Shown in pieces: positions 1 through 9,398 of a stretch of 64,000 nt of DNA (position 1 is its first letter; each line of letters opens with the position of its first letter). This DNA comes from Candidatus Eiseniibacteriota bacterium. Its GTDB lineage: Bacteria > Eisenbacteria > RBG-16-71-46 > SZUA-252. The notes below the pieces were generated by a model. The model was not told the origin of the DNA. It saw only the letters and a program-made list of their open reading frames with translations, and searched no databases. Location of the stretch: NCBI GenBank assembly GCA_036380835.1, contig DASVDZ010000004.1:7482-71481 (forward strand), written 5' to 3'. The translations under genes and the position numbers were made by a program.

Positions 1-318
1 CCCTTCGCGCGGCGAAACACGATCCGGATCTCGTAGGCCGCGCGGTACCCGCCCTCGCCGCGCTGGAAGAGCAGCTCCCACCGCGCCAGCCGGTAGTCGA
101 GCCGCACCTCCGGCGCCCCCTGATCCCCCGGCTCGATCGATGCGTCCACGGAGAAGCGCGGCCTCCCCTGGCTCGTTCCGGGGACCGGAGCGTCGGGCTG
201 GCTCGGCGGGCTCGGATTGGGGTATTGCGCACGGGCGGGCATGGCGAGGATCGCCGCGAGGAGCCCGGCCGCGATCGGTGCGACGGCGCGCCGGAGGCGG
301 CGGCCGCTTTCGCCCCGG

Positions 319-2895
319 CTAATGGAGAAGCGTGAGTGCGCGCGCATCGTCCAGACCTGCTCCGCTCAAGTGGAGAAAGAAGATGCCGTCGGCCACCATA
401 CGGCCGCGGTCGTCCCGGCCGTCCCAGGAAAGAGCGCCGAACCCCCCCGTGGCAGGGGCGACGCCGGTGACCGTGCGAACGAGGCGCCCCCTCATATCGT
501 AGATGCGGAGCGTCACCCGCGGAGCCGGCGATCTCGCCGGCACGCGATACGGGATCGAGGCGGCAGCGCCTCCCCGCGGCCGGAAGGGGTTCGGGTAGGG
601 CCGCCCGACGCGCGCCGAGGACGGAACATAGAGGGATCCCTCGGCCACCTTGAGCGCGCTCCCGTCGGCGAAGAACGCCTCGAGGCGGTAGCGATGGACC
701 GCGCCGGCCGTGAGCGAGTCGTCGACGGCGCTCCGGGCCGACGGGGCGAGGAGCGAGCGATTGACGAGGCGCCCCGAGGGATTCGACGTGCCGGCGGTGG
801 CCGCGCCGAGGTCGCGATATAAGTTGAGGCCGACCATTCCGGGGACCGAGACCGCCGACCACGACACGACGGCCCGCGGCAGCGCGCTCCCCGGGTCGAG
901 CGCCGCGGCGAGCGACGGGACGGGCACGCTGGAAGGGCTCGCCTCGTAGCGCTCGAGACCGAGCCCCGCCGCCACGACCAGCGTGTCGCCAACCCAGGCG
1001 CCCCCTCGGGAGACGCCGGGAATCCCGACCGGGCCCCGGACGCTCGGAGCGTTCGGATCCTGGACGTCGACGACCAGCGCCCCGGCGTCACCCAGGAGGA
1101 GGGCCGCCGACCCGGCGCTCCGCGCGATCCCGAGAATCGGCGGCGTCGGCAACGTCGCCCGCCGGATGAGCGCGCTCGGGTCGAGCGCGTCGACCACCTC
1201 GAGCCCTTCGGCGCGGGTTCCGACGAGGAGGGTCGCCCCCGTGAGATCCAGGGCGCGCGATCCCGTTCCGGAGGGCACTCCGAAGAGTCGTGGCAGATCG
1301 GGATTCCCGAACCCGATCGAGGCGAGGCCGACCTGCTCGTCGGCCACGAAGAGCACGGTGTCGCGCGCCGCGAGCGCGCGCGGATCCGACAAGGGCGCGT
1401 TCACGCTCCCCCGAGGCGACGGCAACGTCGAGTCGGAGACGTCCACGAACGTGACGCCGGCCGAGCCGGAACCCCGCCTTCCCACCGCCACGAGGCCCTG
1501 GCCCGCGACCGTCACCGCGCTCGCGAGGCCCGGGAGCACGAGCGAGGTGATGCGGGCGGGGGCCGCGGGATCGCGGACATCGACGATCTCGAGCCCGCCG
1601 GGGCCGCTGGCCAGATAGGCCAGCGACCGCGAGGGATCGAGCGCGACATCCACCGCCCGCGCGTTCCCGATCTCGGGAAGGACTCCTACGAGGGAGCTGT
1701 CGGCGCCCCCCGCGCGGTAGATGCGAAGGCCGCCCGAGTAGTCGGCCACGTAGGCGAGTCCCGCGTCCACGACGACGCGGCGCGTGCGGCCGACGTCCCC
1801 CACCGGCGGCGGCGGGGTCGTGAGCCCGTACGGATCGACGAATTCCACCTGGGAGCGCGCGATCTCGTCCGGCTCGGGCGCGGTCGCCTGGTCGACGGTC
1901 GAGACGGCGGCCGGCCCCTCGGTGAGGCGGATGTCGATCGGCTCGAGCTCCGTGAGCACCGTCTGGTCCAGCACCAGGGAGTCGAGCGCCGCGCCGGCCC
2001 GCGCGAACGACACGACCGTCCGGCCCTCGGCCGTCGCGACGACCCTGTCCGGGCCGGCGTCCACCGATCGGACGAACTTGCTCCCCTGGACGGGGACCGT
2101 GCGCACGATCGCGCGCGATGGGACGTTCAGGATCAGGACGCCGCGATTGCCGTCGGCGAGAAACGCCCGCGGTCCGCGCCACGCGAGGTCGCTGACCTCG
2201 TGCGCGTTGAACGCGAACTCGGCGAGCGAATCGGGCGCGGGCATCCCGGCGCCGAAACGGTAGAGGGTGAGGATGAGGCGCGGCAGGATCCCGGGGCGGT
2301 TGCTGGCGACCAGGAAGGAGTCGGATTGCACGGCGACGGCCGCGACGCGACGGCCGTCCGCGTACGTGACCGATCGCGCGAGCGTGAACCCGGTCGCGGG
2401 ATCGAAGTTCAGGAAGTGGAGCGTCGAGTCGCTCGCGGCGACGAGCCCGGGCCCCGCCGCCGCCGCGGCTCCGAGCGCGACGGCGCCCAGGCCGTCGATC
2501 GAGGAGAGGGCCGTGGCCGCGGCCGGATCGGTCGCGTCGAGCGCGAGCACGCCCCGGGTGCCGGCGAAGAGGAAGACGTTCGCCCCCGATCCCGCGACGC
2601 CGCGGATCGTCCCCGCGGTCCGGAACGTTCCGAGCCGCGCCACCGAGGAGGGGGAGGCGTTCGTGGCGAGGAATTCGACCCCGGATCCCGTGGGCACCGC
2701 GGTCACGCCGGTGCCCGGAGCGATCGCGGGGAGCGGGACGGCCGGCCCGTACGTGGCGGCGACCGCCGAGGGGATCCCGCGGACCGCCACGACCTCGGGC
2801 GCGGATCGCGCCGTCGCCGGCAGCCCCGCCAGGAGGCAGCCCGCCATGGCGATTCGCGAGAAGGCGCGCCACCGTCCGTGCGTGCTAGGGATCAT
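319..2895 (-). CDS. Secreted LVIVD-repeat beta-propeller protein with C-terminal Por/T9SS-type sorting domain (FlgD Ig-like CTD)
   Basis: 858-aa ORF. N-terminal hydrophobic signal-like segment. Repeated LVIVD-type motifs (LAYVADYSGGLRIYRAGG, LAYLASGPGGLEIVDVRDP, LLVGTRAEGLEVVDALDPS, ALVVDVQDPNAPS). C-terminus GRPYPNPFRP...LRIYDMRGRLVRTV...WDGRDDRGRMVADGIFFLHL fits the Por secretion tail consensus (YPNPFN .. IYD.GR.V .. WDG.D..G..V..G.YF). Confidence 0.8.
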   Translation of the reverse strand: MIPSTHGRWRAFSRIAMAGCLLAGLPATARSAPEVVAVRGIPSAVAATYGPAVPLPAIAPGTGVTAVPTGSGVEFLATNASPSSVARLGTFRTAGTIRGVAGSGANVFLFAGTRGVLALDATDPAAATALSSIDGLGAVALGAAAAAGPGLVAASDSTLHFLNFDPATGFTLARSVTYADGRRVAAVAVQSDSFLVASNRPGILPRLILTLYRFGAGMPAPDSLAEFAFNAHEVSDLAWRGPRAFLADGNRGVLILNVPSRAIVRTVPVQGSKFVRSVDAGPDRVVATAEGRTVVSFARAGAALDSLVLDQTVLTELEPIDIRLTEGPAAVSTVDQATAPEPDEIARSQVEFVDPYGLTTPPPPVGDVGRTRRVVVDAGLAYVADYSGGLRIYRAGGADSSLVGVLPEIGNARAVDVALDPSRSLAYLASGPGGLEIVDVRDPAAPARITSLVLPGLASAVTVAGQGLVAVGRRGSGSAGVTFVDVSDSTLPSPRGSVNAPLSDPRALAARDTVLFVADEQVGLASIGFGNPDLPRLFGVPSGTGSRALDLTGATLLVGTRAEGLEVVDALDPSALIRRATLPTPPILGIARSAGSAALLLGDAGALVVDVQDPNAPSVRGPVGIPGVSRGGAWVGDTLVVAAGLGLERYEASPSSVPVPSLAAALDPGSALPRAVVSWSAVSVPGMVGLNLYRDLGAATAGTSNPSGRLVNRSLLAPSARSAVDDSLTAGAVHRYRLEAFFADGSALKVAEGSLYVPSSARVGRPYPNPFRPRGGAAASIPYRVPARSPAPRVTLRIYDMRGRLVRTVTGVAPATGGFGALSWDGRDDRGRMVADGIFFLHLSGAGLDDARALTLLH

Positions 2896-2984
2896 CCGTC
2901 ACGACGCTAGCATGCGCCTCCCAACCCCTCAAGAATGAACTCTTTCCGCTTGTCGGGCCGCGAGCCGTTGGCTAGGGTTCCGCG

Positions 2985-3638
2985 GTGGCGTTCATCGAAT
3001 CGATCCTCGCTCCCCTCTCCACCTTCATCCTCGCGACCATTTCCTCGTGGGGCTACGCCGGCATCGTCGCCTGCATGGCGATCGAGAGCGCGTGCATCCC
3101 GCTCCCGAGCGAGATCATCATGCCGTTCTCGGGCTATCTCGTCTCGACGGGCCGGTTCACGCTCTGGGGCGTCACGCTGGCGGGCGCCGTGGGGAACGTG
3201 GTCGGCTCCTGGGCCGCCTACGGAGCGGGGGCGCGCGGCGGACGTCCGCTCGCGGAACGCCTCGCGTCCTGGCGCGTCATCCGGATGGAGGAGTACGACC
3301 AGGCCGACCGGTGGCTCAAGCGCCACGGGCTCCAGGTCGCCTTCTGGACGCGGCTCCTCCCGATCGTTCGAACGTTCGTCTCGTTTCCGGCGGGCGCGGC
3401 CCGCGTGCCGTTCTGGCGTTTCACGCTCTACACGCTCCTCGGCTCGCTCCCGTGGTCGTTCGCCCTCGCGCTGGTCGGCCGGGTCCTGGGCGAGCACTGG
3501 GAGCGGATCCGCACGTACTGGCGCGGATTCGACGTGATCGTCGTCGCCGCGCTCCTCGTGCTTTTCATCCTTTGGGCCCGTCACCACTTCCAACAAGGCG
3601 GCGCGCGGAAGCCACCGGCACCGGGCGCCGCGGATTGA
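2985..3638 (+). CDS. DedA family (SNARE-associated / TVP38-like) inner membrane protein
   Basis: 217 aa, multi-TM. DedA-like core (IESACIPLPSEIIMPFSGYLVSTG ... GSWAAYGAGARGGRPL ... FWTRLLPIVRTFVSFPAGAARVPF). Confidence 0.85.
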   Translation: MAFIESILAPLSTFILATISSWGYAGIVACMAIESACIPLPSEIIMPFSGYLVSTGRFTLWGVTLAGAVGNVVGSWAAYGAGARGGRPLAERLASWRVIRMEEYDQADRWLKRHGLQVAFWTRLLPIVRTFVSFPAGAARVPFWRFTLYTLLGSLPWSFALALVGRVLGEHWERIRTYWRGFDVIVVAALLVLFILWARHHFQQGGARKPPAPGAAD

Positions 3639-3675
3639 CGACCCCTGGGGCCCGTGATAGTCTCGGCAACCCATT

Positions 3676-3749
3676 TGGGGGATCGTCCAGTGGTAGGACA
3701 CGTGGCTCTGGACCACGGTACAGGGGTTCGAATCCTCTTCCCCCAGCCA
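3676..3749 (+). tRNA. tRNA-Gln (anticodon CUG)
   Basis: 74 nt, TGGGGGATCGTCCAGTGGTAGGACACGTGGCTCTGGACCACGGTACAGGGGTTCGAATCCTCTTCCCCCAGCCA. 7-bp acceptor stem with U1:A72 (typical of bacterial tRNA-Gln), GTTCGAATC T-loop, anticodon stem CGTGG/CCACG with loop CUCUGGA (anticodon CUG), discriminator G plus encoded CCA. Confidence 0.9.
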
Positions 3750-3787
3750 TTTCACATGACGCGAGACGCGGCCATGATGCCGGTTGT

Positions 3788-3862
3788 GGCGCTATCGTCT
3801 AGGGGTTAGGACGGGTGGTTCTCAGCCATCAAACCGGGGTTCGAATCCCCGTAGCGCTACCA
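3788..3862 (+). tRNA. tRNA-Glu (anticodon CUC)
   Basis: 75 nt, GGCGCTATCGTCTAGGGGTTAGGACGGGTGGTTCTCAGCCATCAAACCGGGGTTCGAATCCCCGTAGCGCTACCA. The UCGUCUAG...GGAC D-arm is typical of tRNA-Glu. Anticodon loop UUCUCAG (anticodon CUC), GTTCGAATC T-loop, encoded CCA. Confidence 0.9.
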
Positions 3863-3931
3863 ACCAACGCCTCGCGGCCGGGGCGCGCCGGTTCCGGGCG
3901 CGTTCGCGCCCGGCTCGCCGCGGCGTCCGCG

Positions 3932-6667
3932 CTGGTCGCGGGCCTCCTCGCCGGCTCCGCCCCGTCTTCCTCCGCCCAACCGCGCGAAACCACCCGCGCC
4001 GCCGTCCCCGGCGTGCCCGCCGGCGTCGAGCGACTCGACTCCCTCGCGGGCATCACGCAGTATCGCCTCCGCTCGAACGGAATGACGATCCTCGTCGTCC
4101 CGAACCACGCCGCCCCCGTGATCACGTTCGAGGTGGTCTACCACGTCGGTTCCCGGAACGAGGCCCCGGGAAACACCGGATCGGCGCACCTCCTCGAGCA
4201 CATGCTCTTCAACAAGAGCACGAAGAACTTCGGGAAGGCGAACGGCAAGAAGACGTTCCAGCAGGTGCTCTACGAGGCGGGGGCCGACTTCGCCTCGTCC
4301 AACATGACGACCTGGAACGACCGGATGACCGGCTACTCCACGCTTCCCTCGGACAAGCTCGAGCTGGCGATGAAGATCGAGGCCGACCGCCTCGGGCGCG
4401 CGCTGATCCTCGACTCGGAGCGCCAGCCCGAGATGTCGGTCGTTCGAAACGAGTACGAGATCGGCGAGAACAGCGCGTACAACGCGCTCGACAAGGCGGT
4501 GATCGGCGAGACGATCGTGGCCCACCCCTACCACTGGGACACGATCGGGTACCGCTCCGACATCGAGGGGGTCACGACCGAGAAGCTGCGCGAGCACTAC
4601 GAGGACTTCTTCCATCCCGACAACGCCGAGGCGATCCTGGTCGGCGACTTCGACGTCGCGCGGGCGCTCCGGATCTTCGATCGCGAGTTCGGCGGATTCG
4701 CGAGGGCCGCCAAGCCGATCCCGAAGGTGATCACCGTCGAGCCGCCGCAGGAGGGCGAGCGGCGCGTGATCGTGAGGCGCCCCGGCAAGATCGGCGTCGT
4801 CGAGATCGCCTTCATGCGCCCCGGCGCGCTCGATCCCGACTACGTGCCGCTCGACGTGCTGACGACGATCCTCTCGACCGGCGTGAACTCCCGGCTCCAC
4901 CAGGCCCTGGTCGAGACGGGCCTCGCGTCCGACGTGAGCGCCTGGAACTTCCAGTTCCGCGATCCGTATCCGATCGTGGCGCAGGCCACCGTCGCGCCCG
5001 GCAAGACACACGAACAGGTCGAGTCGGCGATGAAGGCGGCCCTCTACCGGATCGGCCATGACGGCGTTTCGCCCGCCGAGCTGAACCGCGCGAAGAGCCA
5101 GCTCGAGGTTTCCGTGATCCGCGGGCGCGACGGCACCTACCAGCTCGCGTCGGCGCTCGGCGAGGCCGTCGCCTCCGCCGACTGGAAGTGGTTCGTCGGC
5201 TACGTCGACTCCGTCCGCGCGGTCACCGCCGACGACGTGAAGCGCGTGGCGGCCAAGTACCTCGTGCCCGACCACGCGGACGTGGGATGGTTCGAGCCCC
5301 TCTCGAACGAGCCCCCCGCGGCCGCCCGGAAGCCCTCGGCCCCCAAGGCGAAGGCGCACGGCGCCGGCGGCGCCTCGGACGAGGCGGCGCCGTCGGGGTT
5401 CGCGGCGCGCACGCTCCACCGCGTTCTCCCGAACGGACTGACGCTCGACGTGATCGCGAACCACGCCGTGCCGACCGTAGCGATCCAGGGGACGGTGTTC
5501 GCCGGACGGATGTACGGATCGCCGGCCAAGCCGGCGGTGGCGGAGCTGACGGCGGAAATGCTCAACCGCGGCACCACGACGCGCGACAAGCGGGCCATCG
5601 CCGCCGCGCTCGACGGCGTCGGCGCGGAGCTCGGGATCGGCGCCGACCTGAACGACGGCACCGTCACCGGCTCCGGGCTCTCGCGGGACCTGCGGCTCCT
5701 TCTCACCACCCTCGCCGAAGAGGTCGCGCACCCCGCCTTTCCCGACTCCGAGCTGGTGAAGGCGAAGGCCGAGATGAAGGCCAACGTGCTCCGCGGGGCC
5801 GACAACACGCGCCAGCGCGCGTGGGACCGGCTCCTCCGAATGGTCTATCCCGAGGGCCACCCCTTCCGCGCGCCCACGACCGAGGCCCTGCTCGCGAGCA
5901 TCGAACGGACCACGACGTCCGATCTGCGCGCCTTCCATCGCGAACGCTGGGTCGGTTCGAGCATGATCCTCGCGATCGTGGGCGACGTCGATCCGGAGGC
6001 GACCGCCGCCCTGGTCGACTCCCTCTTCGCCTCGATTCCGCGCGGCGAGCGGCCCCGGCCCGACGTGGCCGTCACCGCCCCCGACGCGGCGGAGCGCGTC
6101 GTGGAGACGATGCCCGGCAAGGCCAACGTCGATTTCGTCTACGGCGAGGCGAGCGGGCTCAAGCGGAACGATCCCGACTACGAGGCCGCGCTGGTCGCCA
6201 ACGCCGCCCTCGGACAGAGCGGCATGACCTCGAGGATCGGCGTGCGCGTCCGCGACACCGAGGGCCTCTCGTACAGCCTCTTCTCCCGATTCCTCTGGAG
6301 CGACTTCGTGGACGGGGTCTGGCTCGTCGACGTGGCGGTGGCGCCGCAGAACGTGGCCAAGGCGGTCCGATCGACGAAGGACGAGATCGACCGCTACGTC
6401 CGGGAGGGGATCACCGACGAGGAGGTCTCGGTCCAGAAGGAGTTCTTCGCCGGGAACTACGTCGTCCGCCTCGGCACCAACGCCGGGGTCGCCGCCTCGC
6501 TCACGTACGCCGAGAAGTTCGGCTTCGGCCCTTCGTACCTGGACGACTACCCAGAGCGGATCCGCGCGGTCACGAAGGCTGAGGTGAACGAGGCGATCCG
6601 AAAGCACCTCCGGCCCGCCGCGATGCACCTCGTGATCGCGGGCGACGTCCCCTCGGTCCCGCAGTAG
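3932..6667 (+). CDS. Secreted two-unit M16 (pitrilysin/insulinase-family) zinc peptidase; start codon unresolved
   Basis: HLLEHMLFNKS inverted zinc-binding motif (HxxEH) in the N-terminal unit, with a second inactive-type M16 unit downstream. Signal-peptide-like RVRARLAAASALVAGLLAGSAPSSSAQ. The track ATG at 3815 lies inside tRNA-Glu and is rejected. There is no in-frame ATG/GTG/TTG between the tRNA end (3862) and the signal peptide; the candidates are CTG 3932 or GTG 4013 (which would give no signal peptide). The stop at 6667 is secure. Confidence 0.75.
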   Translation: MVAGLLAGSAPSSSAQPRETTRAAVPGVPAGVERLDSLAGITQYRLRSNGMTILVVPNHAAPVITFEVVYHVGSRNEAPGNTGSAHLLEHMLFNKSTKNFGKANGKKTFQQVLYEAGADFASSNMTTWNDRMTGYSTLPSDKLELAMKIEADRLGRALILDSERQPEMSVVRNEYEIGENSAYNALDKAVIGETIVAHPYHWDTIGYRSDIEGVTTEKLREHYEDFFHPDNAEAILVGDFDVARALRIFDREFGGFARAAKPIPKVITVEPPQEGERRVIVRRPGKIGVVEIAFMRPGALDPDYVPLDVLTTILSTGVNSRLHQALVETGLASDVSAWNFQFRDPYPIVAQATVAPGKTHEQVESAMKAALYRIGHDGVSPAELNRAKSQLEVSVIRGRDGTYQLASALGEAVASADWKWFVGYVDSVRAVTADDVKRVAAKYLVPDHADVGWFEPLSNEPPAAARKPSAPKAKAHGAGGASDEAAPSGFAARTLHRVLPNGLTLDVIANHAVPTVAIQGTVFAGRMYGSPAKPAVAELTAEMLNRGTTTRDKRAIAAALDGVGAELGIGADLNDGTVTGSGLSRDLRLLLTTLAEEVAHPAFPDSELVKAKAEMKANVLRGADNTRQRAWDRLLRMVYPEGHPFRAPTTEALLASIERTTTSDLRAFHRERWVGSSMILAIVGDVDPEATAALVDSLFASIPRGERPRPDVAVTAPDAAERVVETMPGKANVDFVYGEASGLKRNDPDYEAALVANAALGQSGMTSRIGVRVRDTEGLSYSLFSRFLWSDFVDGVWLVDVAVAPQNVAKAVRSTKDEIDRYVREGITDEEVSVQKEFFAGNYVVRLGTNAGVAASLTYAEKFGFGPSYLDDYPERIRAVTKAEVNEAIRKHLRPAAMHLVIAGDVPSVPQ

Positions 6668-6686
6668 CGCGGCGCGGGGCGGACGC

Positions 6687-7877
6687 TCAGACCGCCGAGG
6701 GCTCCTCGACGCGGCCGAGCATCCGACGCTCCACCGCCCACGGCTCCCCGTCCCGCTCCTCGAACGCGCGCCAGGCCAAGGTCAGCGCGGATTCCATCCG
6801 CTCCCGGTACCGGGCCCTCGCGAACCGTTCCGCATGCCGGCGCAGCGCGTGGGGATCGAACGCGCGGGCGTCCAGCGCCTCGACCGCGCGGCCGAGCCCC
6901 TCCTCGCTCGGGTCGTCGTAGAGGACGCCCGTCTCGGGCGCCACGACCTCCGCGGCGCCGCCCTTCGCGAGCGCGACCGCGGGGCGCCCGCACGCCATCG
7001 CCTCGAGCGGGGCGATCCCGAAGTCCTCCTCGTGCGCCTGGATCAGCGCGCGGGATCCGCGATACGCGTCGCGCAACGCCTCGGCCCCGAGCCATCCGTC
7101 GAAGCGCACGGTCGGCCCGGCGATCGACCGAAGGCGCGCGTGATCGGGCCCGGTGCCCACGATCCGAAGCGGCCGACCGAGCCGGTTCATCACGCGGATC
7201 GTCCGCTCGACGCCCTTGTAGGGCACGAGCGCCGAGACGACCAGGTAAGGCGCGTCGGCCGGGAGGGTCGCGCCCCCCGGGGTGAAGAACTCGGTGTCGA
7301 CGGGCGGGTGGACGACCATCGCCGGGCGGCGATAGTGCTTGGCGATCCGGTCGCGCACGTGGCGCGAGTCGGCGACGAAGAGGTCGACGCGGTCCGCGCT
7401 CACTCGATCCCAGAGCCGGAACCGGTGCGCGACGAAGGGCGCCCCGAGGCGCGCCACGGTACCGCTCCGCCCCGGCCCGAAGTAGTCGGGATAGAGGTCC
7501 CAGAAGTACCGGACCGGCGTGAAGCAGTAGCAGACGTGGAGCGCGTCGGCCCGCGTGACGGCTCCCTTCGCCGCGCAGTGGCTCAGCGAGACGACGAGGT
7601 CGTACGCGCTCAGGTCGAACGATTCGATCGCGAGCGGGTAGAGCGGAACGAAGAGGCGGTAGCGGCTCCGGCCGAACGGGAGCCGCGCGATCCACGACTC
7701 GACGATGCGGCGCTCCTCGATCACGCGGGAAACCGAGCCGCGCCGGTGGACCAGGGTGTAGAGGTCGGCCGCCGGGAAGAGCTCGCAGAGTGACTCGAGG
7801 CACTTCTCGCCGCCGCGCATCCCGGTGAGCCAGTCGTGGACCAGCGCCACGCGGAGCGAGGAGAGGGGACGGGACAC
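6687..7877 (-). CDS. Glycosyltransferase family 4 (GT-B, group 1)
   Basis: 396 aa. N-terminus RVALVHDWLTGMRGGEKCLESLCELFPAADLYTLV and C-terminal GT4 fold signature (VVSALVPYKGVERTIRV ... EEDFGIAPLEAMACGRPAVALAKGGAAEVV). Confidence 0.85.
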   Translation of the reverse strand: MSRPLSSLRVALVHDWLTGMRGGEKCLESLCELFPAADLYTLVHRRGSVSRVIEERRIVESWIARLPFGRSRYRLFVPLYPLAIESFDLSAYDLVVSLSHCAAKGAVTRADALHVCYCFTPVRYFWDLYPDYFGPGRSGTVARLGAPFVAHRFRLWDRVSADRVDLFVADSRHVRDRIAKHYRRPAMVVHPPVDTEFFTPGGATLPADAPYLVVSALVPYKGVERTIRVMNRLGRPLRIVGTGPDHARLRSIAGPTVRFDGWLGAEALRDAYRGSRALIQAHEEDFGIAPLEAMACGRPAVALAKGGAAEVVAPETGVLYDDPSEEGLGRAVEALDARAFDPHALRRHAERFARARYRERMESALTLAWRAFEERDGEPWAVERRMLGRVEEPSAV

Positions 7878-7884
7878 GCCGGGC

Positions 7885-9366
7885 CTACGAGGCGGGAGCC
7901 GTCGCGGCCGCCCGAAGCCGCGTCGCGGCGTCCCGTAGCCGCGCGACCGTCCGCTCGCGACCGAGGAGGAGGATCACGTCGAAGATCCCGGGGGTCACCT
8001 TCTTCCCGGTGAGCGCGATCCGCGCCGGCATGATGATCTCGCCGGCCTTCACGCCCTCCTCCGCGGCGAGCCCGCGGGCCGCCCGCTCGATCGGGTCGTG
8101 CTCGAACGGCTCGACCGACTGGAGCCGGTCGGCCAGCTTCTCCAAGTGCGCCGGCGCGAGCGTCTTCGCGAGGAGATCGGCCCAGGGGCCGGGCTCGGGG
8201 TCCACGCGGTCGACGAAGAGCCACGCCGCGTAATCGAGGAAGTGCTCGGGACGCTTCATCCGGTCGCCGACCGCCTCGACCGCGCGCGCGAGGAGCGCCC
8301 GATCGCCGAGCGCGCTCTCGGGAATCGCTCCCGTTCCGCGAAGGTGCGCGACCACCCGGTCCACCCGAGCCTCGACCGGGAGCGAGCGGAAGTACTCGCC
8401 GTTCATCCACTCCAGCTTCTCGGTGTTGAAGATCGCCGGATTGTGCGAGATCCGGTCGAGCGAGAAGACCTTCGCCAGCTCGTCGAGGGTGAAGATCTCC
8501 CGCTCCCCGTCGTAGGCCCAGCCGAGGAGCGCCAGGAAGTTCACCATCGCCTCCGGCAGGAACCCGGCGTCCCGGTACTCGGTCACCGACGTGGCCCCGT
8601 GACGCTTCGAGAGGCGCGTCCCGTCGGGCCCCAGGATCATCGGAACGTGCGCGAACACGGGAGGCGCGAGCCCGAGCGCGTCGTAGAGGCGGATCTGCCG
8701 GGGCGTGTTCGAGATGTGGTCGTCGCCGCGGATGACGTGGCTGATCCTCATCGCCGCGTCGTCCACCACCGCGGCGAAGTTGTAGGTCGGGTGCCGGTCC
8801 GTGCGGAGGATGACCAGATCGTCGAGGGTCGCGTTCTGGAAGGAGACCTCGCCGCGGACCCCGTCCTCCCAGGACGTGGCGCCCTCCGGCATGAGGAAGC
8901 GAAACGCGTGCGGCTCCCCCTTCGCCGCCCGGGCGTCCGACGTCTCGCGGGGGAGCCTGAGGCACGTGCGGTCGTACTTGGGCGGCTCGCCGCGCGAGAG
9001 CGCCGCCTCGCGCCGCCGCTTGAGATCCTCGGGGTCGCAGAAGCAGCGGTACGCCTTCCCCTGCGCGAAGAGGCGTTCCGCGGCGGCGGCGTATCCGGCG
9101 AGGCGCTCGCTCTGGAAGTAGGGCCCGTACGGGCCGCCGACGTCGGGGCCCTCGTCCCAGTGGAGTCCGAGCCAGCGCATCCCCTCGAAGATGGCCCCCA
9201 CCGCTTCCGTCGTCGATCGCTCCCGGTCGGTGTCCTCGATCCGGAGCAGGAAGACCCCTCCGTGACGGCGGGCGAAGAGGTAGTTGAAGAGCGCGGTGCG
9301 CGCCCCTCCCACGTGGAGGTAGCCGGTCGGGCTCGGCGCGAAGCGCACGCGGATCGGATCGGTCAT
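7885..9366 (-). CDS. gltX: Glutamyl-tRNA synthetase
   Basis: 493 aa. RVRFAPSPTGYLHVGGARTALFNYLFARRHGGVFLLRIEDTDRERS (HIGH-class signature region) and the LSKRHG KMSKS-equivalent motif. Confidence 0.95.
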   Translation of the reverse strand: MTDPIRVRFAPSPTGYLHVGGARTALFNYLFARRHGGVFLLRIEDTDRERSTTEAVGAIFEGMRWLGLHWDEGPDVGGPYGPYFQSERLAGYAAAAERLFAQGKAYRCFCDPEDLKRRREAALSRGEPPKYDRTCLRLPRETSDARAAKGEPHAFRFLMPEGATSWEDGVRGEVSFQNATLDDLVILRTDRHPTYNFAAVVDDAAMRISHVIRGDDHISNTPRQIRLYDALGLAPPVFAHVPMILGPDGTRLSKRHGATSVTEYRDAGFLPEAMVNFLALLGWAYDGEREIFTLDELAKVFSLDRISHNPAIFNTEKLEWMNGEYFRSLPVEARVDRVVAHLRGTGAIPESALGDRALLARAVEAVGDRMKRPEHFLDYAAWLFVDRVDPEPGPWADLLAKTLAPAHLEKLADRLQSVEPFEHDPIERAARGLAAEEGVKAGEIIMPARIALTGKKVTPGIFDVILLLGRERTVARLRDAATRLRAAATAPAS

Positions 9367-9398
9367 CCCATCTCCTCGGATCGCGGGGTTCGGGAGGG

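Noticed and set aside
3815-3862. ATG 3815 as start of the M16 peptidase
   Set aside because: Lies inside the same-strand tRNA-Glu gene.
3857-6628. 923-aa minus-strand ORF antisense to the M16 peptidase
   Set aside because: Arg/Gly/Asp/Val-rich low-complexity translation typical of antisense frames in GC-rich DNA, with no motifs. The sense strand carries the HxxEH peptidase.
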